Virus record (IMG/VR): IMGVR_UViG_3300016472_000923 | DNA length: 64,000 nucleotides | Direction: 5' to 3' (one strand) | DNA from: a virus | Shown here: positions 18,426-27,373 of the stretch, piece by piece | Position numbering within the stretch: position 1 is the stretch's first letter | Layout of the letters: the number at the start of each line of letters is the position of its first letter | Notes under the pieces: model-generated | What the model was told of the DNA's origin: nothing | Databases searched by the model: none | The model's input: only the letters and a program-made list of their open reading frames with translations | Made by a program: the position numbers and the translations under genes

Positions 18426-19051
18426 TGTTTCACCTGCATGATCTGAGCATTGACGGCAATCACTATACGATCTTTCTGTCCACGATAAGTCAGGGCCGAG
18501 TGTGGGATATGGCTAGGGAACACTATCATCATACCAGGTTCGGCTTGGAAATCTATGCTGGTACTGGCAGTCATGTAAGCCGATCCCATGTCGTTCCACA
18601 TGGTGTGATTGGGATTGTAAAAACGATTGGCACCGTTTTTAGTGGCTGTGTCCATGTCTCCGATATCAACGTAGTAGATAGCCGACCATGAACTGCCCGG
18701 ATGCATGTGCATGTCGTGATAGCCACCGTCTCTGGTGATATGGCACCACGATTCGTGTATGTTGACCGCCATGTTGGCTCCCGCGGGCCAATATTTACGA
18801 TTGGCATCAGCTGCGGCACGGAAGATGCTGGCTCGTACAAATTCTGCCAGCGCACGGATCGAGGGGTCGTCATAGTTCAAGAAATCAAAGCCACTTTCGT
18901 ACAAACCGCGCTTGGCATCAGGCGCGATGCCACTGACTTGCTTGTTTTTTTCTAGTTCATAGCATACTCGTTTGATGTTGTCGACGTGGCGATCGTGATC
19001 GGACCAATCGCAATCGTAAAACATAGTGGGCCAAATAGGTATGGGTTGCAT
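18422..19051 (-). CDS. 2OG-Fe(II) oxygenase (TIGR02466-like)
   Basis: SWCHI..GGYHDMHMH, SAIYY and FPSHIPH..RIVIAVN motifs. Probable start MQPIPIW (track start 19069). Confidence 0.85.
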   Translation of the reverse strand: MQPIPIWPTMFYDCDWSDHDRHVDNIKRVCYELEKNKQVSGIAPDAKRGLYESGFDFLNYDDPSIRALAEFVRASIFRAAADANRKYWPAGANMAVNIHESWCHITRDGGYHDMHMHPGSSWSAIYYVDIGDMDTATKNGANRFYNPNHTMWNDMGSAYMTASTSIDFQAEPGMMIVFPSHIPHSALTYRGQKDRIVIAVNAQIMQVKH

Positions 19052-19067
19052 GGCATTATTTACGGCC

Positions 19068-19097
19068 AAAAGAAAACCCCGGAATGTTTCCGGGGTT
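19068..19097 (-). terminator. Rho-independent terminator
   Basis: AACCCCGGAA-TGT-TTCCGGGGTT stem with a U-rich tail on the minus strand. Confidence 0.85.
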
Positions 19098-19121
19098 GTC
19101 GTGATACAGTTGCTCTCGATA

Positions 19122-19583
19122 TTAAGCGAGTTTGAAACCGTTGTCAGTTACATCAGAACCAGCAACGTTCAAGCCTGTGACTGTGCCATCAGATGCAGTG
19201 ATCTGGATGTTGCCCAGACCTTGGATGGTGCTCTGCAGTGTAGCAGCAGTGTAAGCACCAGTTGGGTACAGAGCATAAGAGATCTGACCTGTGGCATCTG
19301 CTTCAACCTGATAGATCGCGATGGTAGCGGTCTGTTGAATGCCTTGGTTGATTGCGTTCACGGCACCAGGTGTGAACACGCCTGAGCTGTAAGAGCCCAG
19401 TTGTGAGCAAAGGTTCTGAGCTTGGTTAGAACCATTCTGAACGATGACTTTGAAAAAGTCAAGTTTGGGACCCTGAGGTTGTACCAGAGCAGCAGAAGTG
19501 ATATTGCCAGTCTGAGGACCGTTCTGGATGTCCAGTGCAAATACTGGTTGCGAATCACCGTTAAAAGGTGGGAAATAAGCCAT
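19122..19583 (-). CDS. Probable abundant virion protein (decoration-like)
   Basis: TAAATA late box, strong SD TAGGAG, own terminator, small-residue beta-rich composition. Confidence 0.55.
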   Translation of the reverse strand: MAYFPPFNGDSQPVFALDIQNGPQTGNITSAALVQPQGPKLDFFKVIVQNGSNQAQNLCSQLGSYSSGVFTPGAVNAINQGIQQTATIAIYQVEADATGQISYALYPTGAYTAATLQSTIQGLGNIQITASDGTVTGLNVAGSDVTDNGFKLA

Positions 19584-19653
19584 TTTGTTTCTCCTAGTTA
19601 GTGACCATTGAAGGTCTACTTTTATTTACCAAAGATGACAGAAATGGTGTCTG

Positions 19654-21510
19654 CTAGGCTAATTCTGGATTGTTTTGGGCGAAGTTGGCCGCAGAAAATC
19701 GCATGCGGTCAACAAACTTCATGCCCTGGCCCACATAGCCTTCGTGGCCAGGCTCATCGTTGACCGAAGCCTGCACGTCCTGGCCCTGCGCATCCAGTTG
19801 CCGCACCAGGTCGTTTTTGAGACTGGAGATGTCCAAGAAGGCCTGGAACACTGCTGCCACGCCTTGTTTGTTGGCAGTGGCCCAGTCAAATATGCGAGGG
19901 GCCTTGGCAGGAGCCCGTTGCTTGACCCACTCGCCAAAGCCTTGTATGAGATTGTCATAAGAGCCCGATCTCACACGGCTGTTGATATACTGTTTGATCA
20001 ACTGTGGGAAGTCCGTGATCTTCCTGGCTCGCAGTTCTTGTGGATCAAACAACTGATCGATGGCCGAACCATACTGGGCGATGATTTTTTGCACATCTCG
20101 GACTGTGCTGTCTCGTAATTTGATCTGGCGTGTTTCTTTTAGGCTAGGATCCAAGATCAACAGTCCTGGCACTGTGTCCAAGGCAGCAGCACGGATAGGC
20201 GTGGCTGGTGCACCAGGTTCTGCCAGGGCAGTATGGATGACCACTCCCACTTGGCTGTCGCCGATCTTCTGCCCAAGATCGGAATCTTTGGGCACACGAT
20301 ATTTCACGGTATTGGGAGTGAATTCATATGCACCGTCTCTCACAGGAGGAGTATCTGTGTACAACAAGTCGCCCTGGATGTATCCACGGAAATCTTCCGG
20401 TGTGGCTGCTCGCAACAAGGGAAACAGTTTCTTGTAGATGTTGATCAGCTCACCGCGCTCGCCTCCGCGAGCAGACATGATGCGCTCGATCTGCTCGGGC
20501 GATGTGGTCAACCCATCATAGCCCTTGGCCAAGAATCCGGCCTTGTCTGTGAGCACGAATTCACCCGTGGGCTTGCGACCAAATATGATAGCTGGCCGGC
20601 CGTCCCATTTCACTGTGGTGCTTTCGGGTCGAGCAGCCGCTGTCAGGATGCCTTGCAGAGCCTGATTCAGTCCTCGGCTGCCCTGATCCAGCACCATGTC
20701 TTCGGGGTGCTCGATACGGACTCCTTCTACTATGATCTGCATGCCTTGATTGACGATGCGATCACGCAGGCGTGCCATGATGTTTATCTCATTATATTCA
20801 GTATAGACATCCGTGTTTTCAGCGATGGGTGTACCGGCCCGCTCCATATGGTCACGGAAGTCTGCGATTTTCTTTTCTCTCTGTGGATCTGTTTTCAACA
20901 CTGCCAGGATGCGCTCAACCGAAGAGAGATCGTCACGAGTGGCTCTGGGATTCAGCAGCATGCGAGCGATCTCGTCGGGATCGTCAGTGATCAGCTCGTT
21001 GGTATCCCTGTTGGCGATGCCAGCGATTTGGTTGAGCTTATACCCCATGCTCTTGGCCATGGAGTTGATAAGCACGGCCCTGGTGGCGCCTTTGTATTCT
21101 GAAGCAGGATCCTGGCGCAGGATCCATTTTGAAAAGTCGGGCTTGGGCAGGAACATGAAATCTGTCTGCACAAACCCTGTGCTGGGTCTTCCGGCTATGG
21201 GAGTGAGCAGATGCACTGCGGTGCCCGACTTGCGTACCCAGTCGCGTGGATCTTCGCCGCGGGCAGCGATCATGTCGGACAGGCGTTTGAAGAATTCTTC
21301 TTTGTTGACTTTGTTGCTGTCAACACCCAGATCCAGGTCACCCGATGTGGGTTTGAGTCCTGTAGATCCCAGCATGTTGTCTTGTAATGGTAAGCCTGTG
21401 ATGCCTTCTAACCATCGTACCGTGGGTGCTATGTCGGCAAGATTGATGCGTTGGGTGCGAGGGCTGCCCTGGGCGTCTTTGAATACATTACCACCTTCTG
21501 CGAGTTTCAT
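19654..21510 (-). CDS. Two-domain protein: N-terminal Pol-beta-type nucleotidyltransferase-like plus C-terminal ligase-like (KWDG, DUF6267-type) domain
   Basis: LGSTG..SGDLDL..VQTDF; HPED, TVKWDGRPA, IQGDLLY, FTPNT and HEGYV..KFVDR motifs. Confidence 0.6.
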   Translation of the reverse strand: MKLAEGGNVFKDAQGSPRTQRINLADIAPTVRWLEGITGLPLQDNMLGSTGLKPTSGDLDLGVDSNKVNKEEFFKRLSDMIAARGEDPRDWVRKSGTAVHLLTPIAGRPSTGFVQTDFMFLPKPDFSKWILRQDPASEYKGATRAVLINSMAKSMGYKLNQIAGIANRDTNELITDDPDEIARMLLNPRATRDDLSSVERILAVLKTDPQREKKIADFRDHMERAGTPIAENTDVYTEYNEINIMARLRDRIVNQGMQIIVEGVRIEHPEDMVLDQGSRGLNQALQGILTAAARPESTTVKWDGRPAIIFGRKPTGEFVLTDKAGFLAKGYDGLTTSPEQIERIMSARGGERGELINIYKKLFPLLRAATPEDFRGYIQGDLLYTDTPPVRDGAYEFTPNTVKYRVPKDSDLGQKIGDSQVGVVIHTALAEPGAPATPIRAAALDTVPGLLILDPSLKETRQIKLRDSTVRDVQKIIAQYGSAIDQLFDPQELRARKITDFPQLIKQYINSRVRSGSYDNLIQGFGEWVKQRAPAKAPRIFDWATANKQGVAAVFQAFLDISSLKNDLVRQLDAQGQDVQASVNDEPGHEGYVGQGMKFVDRMRFSAANFAQNNPELA

Positions 21511-22199
21511 TGCACATCAAATCCCATGGACTTGAGCAGGGCATTGGCCACGGTACTGTTGGTTCTCTGCACAGTCACTGGGCCTCCTGTGACCTGCTGC
21601 ACGGCTTGGGCGACAGCCGAAGTATTGACATTGGCCTTGCGCATGATTTGAGAAACCGCGGATTTGGCTTGCGTGGGGTTGAGCTGTTGTGCTGTGCCTG
21701 GAGCTTGTTTGGCACCTGGGCCCACGGTCTTCTGTGCAGCAGGACTTTGATATGATGATTTGGCAGGATCTAATCTCGCGACCAAGGCCTGCTGTGTGAG
21801 TTTTTCAAAAGCTGGCGCCAAGGCACGGCGATCGTTGCGACCTGCAACTACCTGACCAATGGCTTGCTCAATCCTTTGCTGGCTCTGTGGTTCCATGTCA
21901 GCGATTTTGTAGCTCCGGAGCATCACTCGTTCGACAAAGTCTGCTAGCTGATTTTCGTATTCGGCCGGATCCACTGGCTGTCCGCCCGCTGCCTGTGTGA
22001 GTTGTATGACCTTGTTGTTCCATTGTTGCATGGCAGCCTTGGCCACCCCTTGTGTGTTCTGTTGCACAGCCCGTTGTTGCTGGCTCTGTTGGAATCCAGC
22101 AACAGCTCCTTGCACTCCGCCCACGGCTTTCTTGATACCGCCCACGATGTCGATTTCATCTAGTTGTTGCTTGGATTGTGTTAGTTCATAGATCTGCAT
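21507..22199 (-). CDS. Probable head-internal protein (Gln/Ala-rich)
   Basis: N-terminal MQIYEL..LDE pattern. Confidence 0.55.
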   Translation of the reverse strand: MQIYELTQSKQQLDEIDIVGGIKKAVGGVQGAVAGFQQSQQQRAVQQNTQGVAKAAMQQWNNKVIQLTQAAGGQPVDPAEYENQLADFVERVMLRSYKIADMEPQSQQRIEQAIGQVVAGRNDRRALAPAFEKLTQQALVARLDPAKSSYQSPAAQKTVGPGAKQAPGTAQQLNPTQAKSAVSQIMRKANVNTSAVAQAVQQVTGGPVTVQRTNSTVANALLKSMGFDVQ

Positions 22200-22446
22200 C
22201 TGTTCGTCTCACTGATCGGGTGAATTTGCCCGCGTCTTTGGTCCTGATTGCGTTCAGCAGTTTGCGCACCAGATTCTCTGCTTGGTCAGCAGGATAAGTG
22301 GCTTCGATCTGCTCGACCAATCTCACAGCACTGGCTATGACATTTTGCGCCCGGCTTTCGATGATATAGCGGCGATCACGATCGGCGTTTTTTTCCGTGT
22401 ACATCGCGTCTAATTCTTCTAATATGCTGCGGGTGCGCTTTTGCAT
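22186..22446 (-). CDS. Conserved late hypothetical protein
   Basis: TATAAATA box upstream; RSILEEL and IESRA motifs. Confidence 0.65.
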   Translation of the reverse strand: MQKRTRSILEELDAMYTEKNADRDRRYIIESRAQNVIASAVRLVEQIEATYPADQAENLVRKLLNAIRTKDAGKFTRSVRRTDADL

Positions 22447-22495
22447 TATTTTTCCAAACCTTTGTACTATTTATAGATTTTGATATCTTGCGGTT

Positions 22496-23827
22496 TTAAC
22501 TGACGAGATCCCAGTCTCGATCTAACCAAGGGAATAATGTTCTCCAGTCACACTTTCTTCTTCGATCCAACTCATCAAGAAATGCCTGTAGAGTTTTGAT
22601 GCGTTCTGTATTTTTCACTGAATTTTTAACAAACAGAGCTTGCCCTTGCATCTGCTGTCTGGCGGTTTTTTGCGTTTCAGTATCAACCGGCATAAGATCG
22701 ATGACTCGACTGAAATCCTCATCAAAAACACCTCCGCCAAACACAGTGGGATGCATGCCATTTACCTTCTGAGGCTCTCCTACAACCAAATCAAAAGAGT
22801 GTTCGATAAAATTTTCTGGAGATCTTTTTTTGTTCCAGTGATTTATTTTTTCAATTAATTCGGGCAAGGTCTTGATCGTCAGCGAACTGATACAACTGTG
22901 TATGGCAAGTTTGCACCAGGGTTTATCAAGCATCCATTCAAAATTTTGTTGCCATGTTTCGAGATCCAACCCCCATCTCACATATTCCTGTTGTGGGCCC
23001 CAGCAATCTAGACTTGCGGTAAGCTCTAATTGCAGTATAGATTCCGTTTTTACTAGGTATTCGAATCGCTGCATTTTTTCTACAAATTTTTTGTGAGGCA
23101 ACATCATGTTGGTAATCATATTAAAAGTCAAAGATGAATTTTTGTGATGTTCCCAGAAGTCTAAACTTTGATCTAATTCTTGTTGCAATAGACTTTCCCC
23201 GCCCAACAGTTGGAAATGTCTGATTATCTTGTATCTTTGGTCGGTTTCAAGATAGGACCAAAAATCAGAAATCATCCGCTGATATCTGTCATTGGATGCA
23301 ATATGAAAAGTTTTTTTAAAGTTTCCTATCTCTATGTCGCCATACTTCCTGATTTCATCATTCCATTTTGAACTTAATACAGGATCACAATATACACATG
23401 ATAGATTACAAGTATTGTTGAAGTAGACTTCTAAGATAATAGGAGTCACCGAAGTAGCAGTTGGGTCCACTAAAAGTTCCGGCGGTATCTTGTCAAGACC
23501 GTGAGATCTCTCAAGCGTCATGAGTCTATCGCTCATGCCACCATTCATTTCAACATTCTTGCAATATTCGCATCCGTGGCCAGGCCATTGCCCTTGAAGC
23601 ATTTTTTCTCTAGCCTGTATTTTTTCTGGTAGATTGTGGAAATCCTGGAAGTTCTCAGGATCGATTTTATATGGTTCGGTTCTATGACAACTACTGGTTT
23701 TTCCTGTTCCCAAGTTGATCGTGCTCCAGGCCCATTTCAACAAACAGGCTGTATCTGTTTTGATCGGGAAGATTTTTTTACCAGGAAAAATTTCATAAGT
23801 CATAATTATTTCGCACCTTTTATCCAA
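22496..23827 (-). CDS. Radical SAM protein with N-terminal SPASM/twitch-like Cys region
   Basis: CNLSCVYC; N-terminal C..KW..SCH and GCEYC; LLGGE. Confidence 0.9.
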   Translation of the reverse strand: MDKRCEIIMTYEIFPGKKIFPIKTDTACLLKWAWSTINLGTGKTSSCHRTEPYKIDPENFQDFHNLPEKIQAREKMLQGQWPGHGCEYCKNVEMNGGMSDRLMTLERSHGLDKIPPELLVDPTATSVTPIILEVYFNNTCNLSCVYCDPVLSSKWNDEIRKYGDIEIGNFKKTFHIASNDRYQRMISDFWSYLETDQRYKIIRHFQLLGGESLLQQELDQSLDFWEHHKNSSLTFNMITNMMLPHKKFVEKMQRFEYLVKTESILQLELTASLDCWGPQQEYVRWGLDLETWQQNFEWMLDKPWCKLAIHSCISSLTIKTLPELIEKINHWNKKRSPENFIEHSFDLVVGEPQKVNGMHPTVFGGGVFDEDFSRVIDLMPVDTETQKTARQQMQGQALFVKNSVKNTERIKTLQAFLDELDRRRKCDWRTLFPWLDRDWDLVS

Positions 23828-23865
23828 TTGTAAATATCACACAGGCATATTTAAAGGCACATATC

Positions 23866-25569
23866 ATGGCGACAGAATTACAGCAGATCGAATCATTATT
23901 GGCAGAATTTCGTAGACCTTGTCCAGACACTGCAGAATATCAGGAAAGACTAACAGAAGAGTTTGGCATAATCATCAACCAGAGATTCACGGACTATTTC
24001 CTCAAAATCCGCCGGGTCCTGGATCTCAATTCGGACATACCACACATGACACGCGGATCAGCAGGATCCAGCTTGGTATGCTATCTCATGGGCATAACTG
24101 ATGTGGACCCCATAGAATGGAACATTCCCCTGGCACGATTTCTTAATCCCTTCAGAGACGACTTGCCCGATGTGGATATTGATGTGCCTCACCACCAGCA
24201 AGAACTGGCCATGCAGCGTATCTTTGATGCTTGGCCCGGCAAAACAGCCCGCATCTCTAACTATGTGATGTACAAAGAACGATCAGCACGACGAGAAGCA
24301 GCCAAACGATTGGGTGCCAAGGGCAGACTGCCCAGAGACATCGACTATGAAAAACTGGGTGTGGATGTGGAAGAGGCTCAGCGCATAGAAAAGAAACTCA
24401 TCGGTAAAAAACGCTGTCTGTCAAAACACTGCGGCGGTGTCATAGTGTTTGATCGTAAATTACCACAGAGCCTGTTTCGTGATGACAATCTCATCTTGCT
24501 GGACAAAAACGAAGTAGAAGATCTCGAACATCTCAAAGTTGACATCCTAGCCAATCGTGGACTCAGCCAACTCATGGAGATCGATTCTTCTCGCATGATA
24601 CACGAGTATCCCAAAGAAGACGACCTCACCGCTGACTTGTTGCAGAGAGGCGATGTGCTGGGTGTGACCCAGGGAGAATCGCCGGCCATGCGTCGCCTGT
24701 TCCGCGCTATCCGACCCACATCAGTGGAAGATTGTGTTTTTGCCACAGCCTTGGTCCGTCCAGTGGCCGTGGAAGGTCGGAAGAAAGCCAGTTTCTTCCA
24801 TGACTGGACTAAGACATCGGTGCAAGAATCGGCCATAGTGTGCGAAGACGATGCCATAGAAAAGATCATGAAACTGATCTCGGTCAACGCATATGAAGCC
24901 GACATGTATCGTCGTGCGTTTGCCAAACGCAACGAAGAAAAGGTCATGGAGTTCATGGCTCGATTGGGAGATCATCCTGACCGTTATGCCATATATCAAG
25001 CGATGCAGAGTCTAAGTGGGTTCGGCTTGTGCCGCGCTCATGCTGTGAATCTTGGCCGTTTGATCTGGGCCCTGGCCTATCAGAAGGCACACAACCCGCG
25101 AGAGTTTTGGAGGGCAGCTCTCAAACATTGCCAAGGAAGTTATGCCCGTTGGGTCTATCGCAACGAAGCCAAGCGTGCAGGTTGGGATCTACGGGATCTG
25201 GGATTTGATAATTGGATCACTGAAGATCCTGTGGAATCATTCTTGGAACACGGATGCTGGAACTCGCCTGGCTTCTTGCCTGGCATGGGTCTGCGGAATC
25301 TTTACTTAGAAAAATTTGAGTTTGCTGGCATCGTGGCCAACAGCCGTGTGTTCCGCCGAGACAAACAAAAGTACATCCACTTCATCACTCTAGGAGTAGG
25401 CGAAGGGGAGTATGTGGATCTCATAGTGGATCATCCTGTGAAATACAGTTCAGGTTCGGTGTTGGTTGGGCAAGGAGAGCGCCAGAGCCGAGACGGCAGC
25501 CAGTTCCTACAGGTGCCTCGCAAGGATATCAAGGCCATGGCCATCGATCAATATCTCAACCTTGCTTGA
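23866..25569 (+). CDS. dnaE: DNA polymerase III alpha-like (family C) lacking the PHP domain
   Basis: RGSAGSSLVCYLMGITDVDP, RFLNP, LPDVDID, HCGG, KVDIL and AHAV motifs; short OB-like C-terminus. Confidence 0.88.
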   Translation: MATELQQIESLLAEFRRPCPDTAEYQERLTEEFGIIINQRFTDYFLKIRRVLDLNSDIPHMTRGSAGSSLVCYLMGITDVDPIEWNIPLARFLNPFRDDLPDVDIDVPHHQQELAMQRIFDAWPGKTARISNYVMYKERSARREAAKRLGAKGRLPRDIDYEKLGVDVEEAQRIEKKLIGKKRCLSKHCGGVIVFDRKLPQSLFRDDNLILLDKNEVEDLEHLKVDILANRGLSQLMEIDSSRMIHEYPKEDDLTADLLQRGDVLGVTQGESPAMRRLFRAIRPTSVEDCVFATALVRPVAVEGRKKASFFHDWTKTSVQESAIVCEDDAIEKIMKLISVNAYEADMYRRAFAKRNEEKVMEFMARLGDHPDRYAIYQAMQSLSGFGLCRAHAVNLGRLIWALAYQKAHNPREFWRAALKHCQGSYARWVYRNEAKRAGWDLRDLGFDNWITEDPVESFLEHGCWNSPGFLPGMGLRNLYLEKFEFAGIVANSRVFRRDKQKYIHFITLGVGEGEYVDLIVDHPVKYSSGSVLVGQGERQSRDGSQFLQVPRKDIKAMAIDQYLNLA

Positions 25570-26962
25570 TCTGCCCCAACAATTGCTTGAGTTTGTTTGA
25601 TTGCACTTCTGCTGTGATCTTTCCAGGCTCATCGGCCACAGTGGCATTGGGTTCACCGTCAGTTAGCGTGGACTTGGCCTTGATGCTTTCATAGATACTT
25701 GGGGCACGCTTCTTGAACTCCTGATATCCTTCATCTTGTGCGAGATCTCGGATCCTCAAGCTCTCAATGTCAAACTCCAGTTCGACTTTCTGCCCCACTC
25801 CCGAACTGGATCGAGTCTTCATCAACTGCAATTGATAGCGGCCACGCTCGCGCATGGCTCTTGATGTAAAGATACCAAACACATTGTCCGCTGTGTTAAT
25901 CTTGGAAATACCACCTGAGATATGGCTGTGATCAAACTCGATCTCTTCCACTGCTGCACGATTCAACTGCGAAGCAGTGACAAACAGCACATTGAGTTCT
26001 TTGGCCAAATTACGCAGTTCTTCTGAAACATATTTGTCTTTTACAAACAAATCGTTGGGACTTACTTTGGCTGACACCGGCATCAGCAAGTCCAAATAGT
26101 CGATGCACAAAAAGTCAGTCTTGACCTTGGTCTGTATTTCCAGTTCTTTGAGATACGCACGGATGTCGTTCACTGTGCTCTGTGCTGGCATGTATTTGAT
26201 GCGCAGTTTGCCGGCTTTCTTGGCCAGCATCTTGACCTTCATCTCCACTGTGTCGATGTCTCGAAAGATCTCTTTGGCTGCTGTATTGGTCATCATGGAA
26301 TCTATGCGATAAGAGCACAAGCCCTCTGAGAGTTCCAAAGTGATGTATACTCCGTTGAGTCCGGCCTGTGTCCAGTTCACTGCCAAGTTCTGCATGAACA
26401 AACTCTTACCTGATCCTGATCCCCCAGCGAAGATCTGCAGTTCACCGCGATTGAAACCACCATACAACAGTTTGTCCAGCGCAGGCCAACCTGTGCTGTT
26501 CTGCCCGTTGTTGCTCTTCAGTGCCATGAGCCTGCTACGCGGATCATCAAAGTAATCTGTGCCCATGTCTTTGGTCAAGCTGATTTGCACAGCGTCTTTG
26601 ATCAGTTTCTCTACCGGATCAAAGTTGCCCTTTTCCAAGAGATCTGCTGACTTCAGGATGGCCCGTTCCAGTTCTTGTCTGCGGGTGAATCCTTCAAACT
26701 CTTCAAGGAACCAATCAAAATGTCCTTCGTTGAGATCTGGAATGTGCTCCAGCTTGACTCCAGTGGTCGCAGATACCTGTGTGCGCTCGGGCATGGTCTT
26801 GTGCCGATCGCAGTGTTCCTTGATAAATTCGGCCGCGGCACGCAGGCTGCGATCGAAGTTCTCTGGATTGAAGATGTTCTGCACACGCACATAACTCTGT
26901 GCATCTTGCAACATCATCTCCAGGAACAGTCGCTGGACATCAACTCCGTAATCTTTTAACAT
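25556..26962 (-). CDS. Replicative DnaB-family helicase (T4 gp41-like)
   Basis: GGSGSGKS Walker A; ITLEL, IDYLDL, TASQLNR and MKTR motifs. Confidence 0.93.
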   Translation of the reverse strand: MLKDYGVDVQRLFLEMMLQDAQSYVRVQNIFNPENFDRSLRAAAEFIKEHCDRHKTMPERTQVSATTGVKLEHIPDLNEGHFDWFLEEFEGFTRRQELERAILKSADLLEKGNFDPVEKLIKDAVQISLTKDMGTDYFDDPRSRLMALKSNNGQNSTGWPALDKLLYGGFNRGELQIFAGGSGSGKSLFMQNLAVNWTQAGLNGVYITLELSEGLCSYRIDSMMTNTAAKEIFRDIDTVEMKVKMLAKKAGKLRIKYMPAQSTVNDIRAYLKELEIQTKVKTDFLCIDYLDLLMPVSAKVSPNDLFVKDKYVSEELRNLAKELNVLFVTASQLNRAAVEEIEFDHSHISGGISKINTADNVFGIFTSRAMRERGRYQLQLMKTRSSSGVGQKVELEFDIESLRIRDLAQDEGYQEFKKRAPSIYESIKAKSTLTDGEPNATVADEPGKITAEVQSNKLKQLLGQIKQG

Positions 26963-26998
26963 AAGTTTATATTATAAATGGATAAAGTAATTTTCAAT

Positions 26999-27370
26999 TC
27001 AGATCCGAGTGTTCATCAGTAAATGATATTTAATTGCACTAAATTCAAATATTTGGAATTCCACACAACCATCATACTCCCATTCAACACTCTGACTTGC
27101 TCCAAATTGATGATGATATACGAATAGTTTTTCCAAGGCAGAATCATTGAATTTTAGATGCCCTAACAATACCGCTTTGAGAACGATCGAGCCAGGATTG
27201 TTTTTTTTCGTCAATAACAGTTGAACTTTGTTGGGCAAAGAAATATTGGTCGTTAGTTCAACTAGGTCACCGTGATCTGTTATTTTTGTGGGCAGTACCT
27301 GCCCGTGGCGATCGTGTAAAACCAAATCCATATCTTTTACCAATAACAGTAAGCTGAATTTATATTGCAT
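26999..27370 (-). CDS. Hypothetical protein, coupled to the B12-type radical SAM gene
   Basis: 123-aa AT-rich ORF 3 nt downstream of the radical SAM gene. Confidence 0.6.
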   Translation of the reverse strand: MQYKFSLLLLVKDMDLVLHDRHGQVLPTKITDHGDLVELTTNISLPNKVQLLLTKKNNPGSIVLKAVLLGHLKFNDSALEKLFVYHHQFGASQSVEWEYDGCVEFQIFEFSAIKYHLLMNTRI

Positions 27371-27373
27371 GGC

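Noticed and set aside
19675-21535. Long plus-strand ORFs (e.g. 20233-21102, 20813-21535) and similar antisense ORFs elsewhere in the track
   Set aside because: They are shadows of well-supported opposite-strand genes, with no motifs, RBS or promoter.
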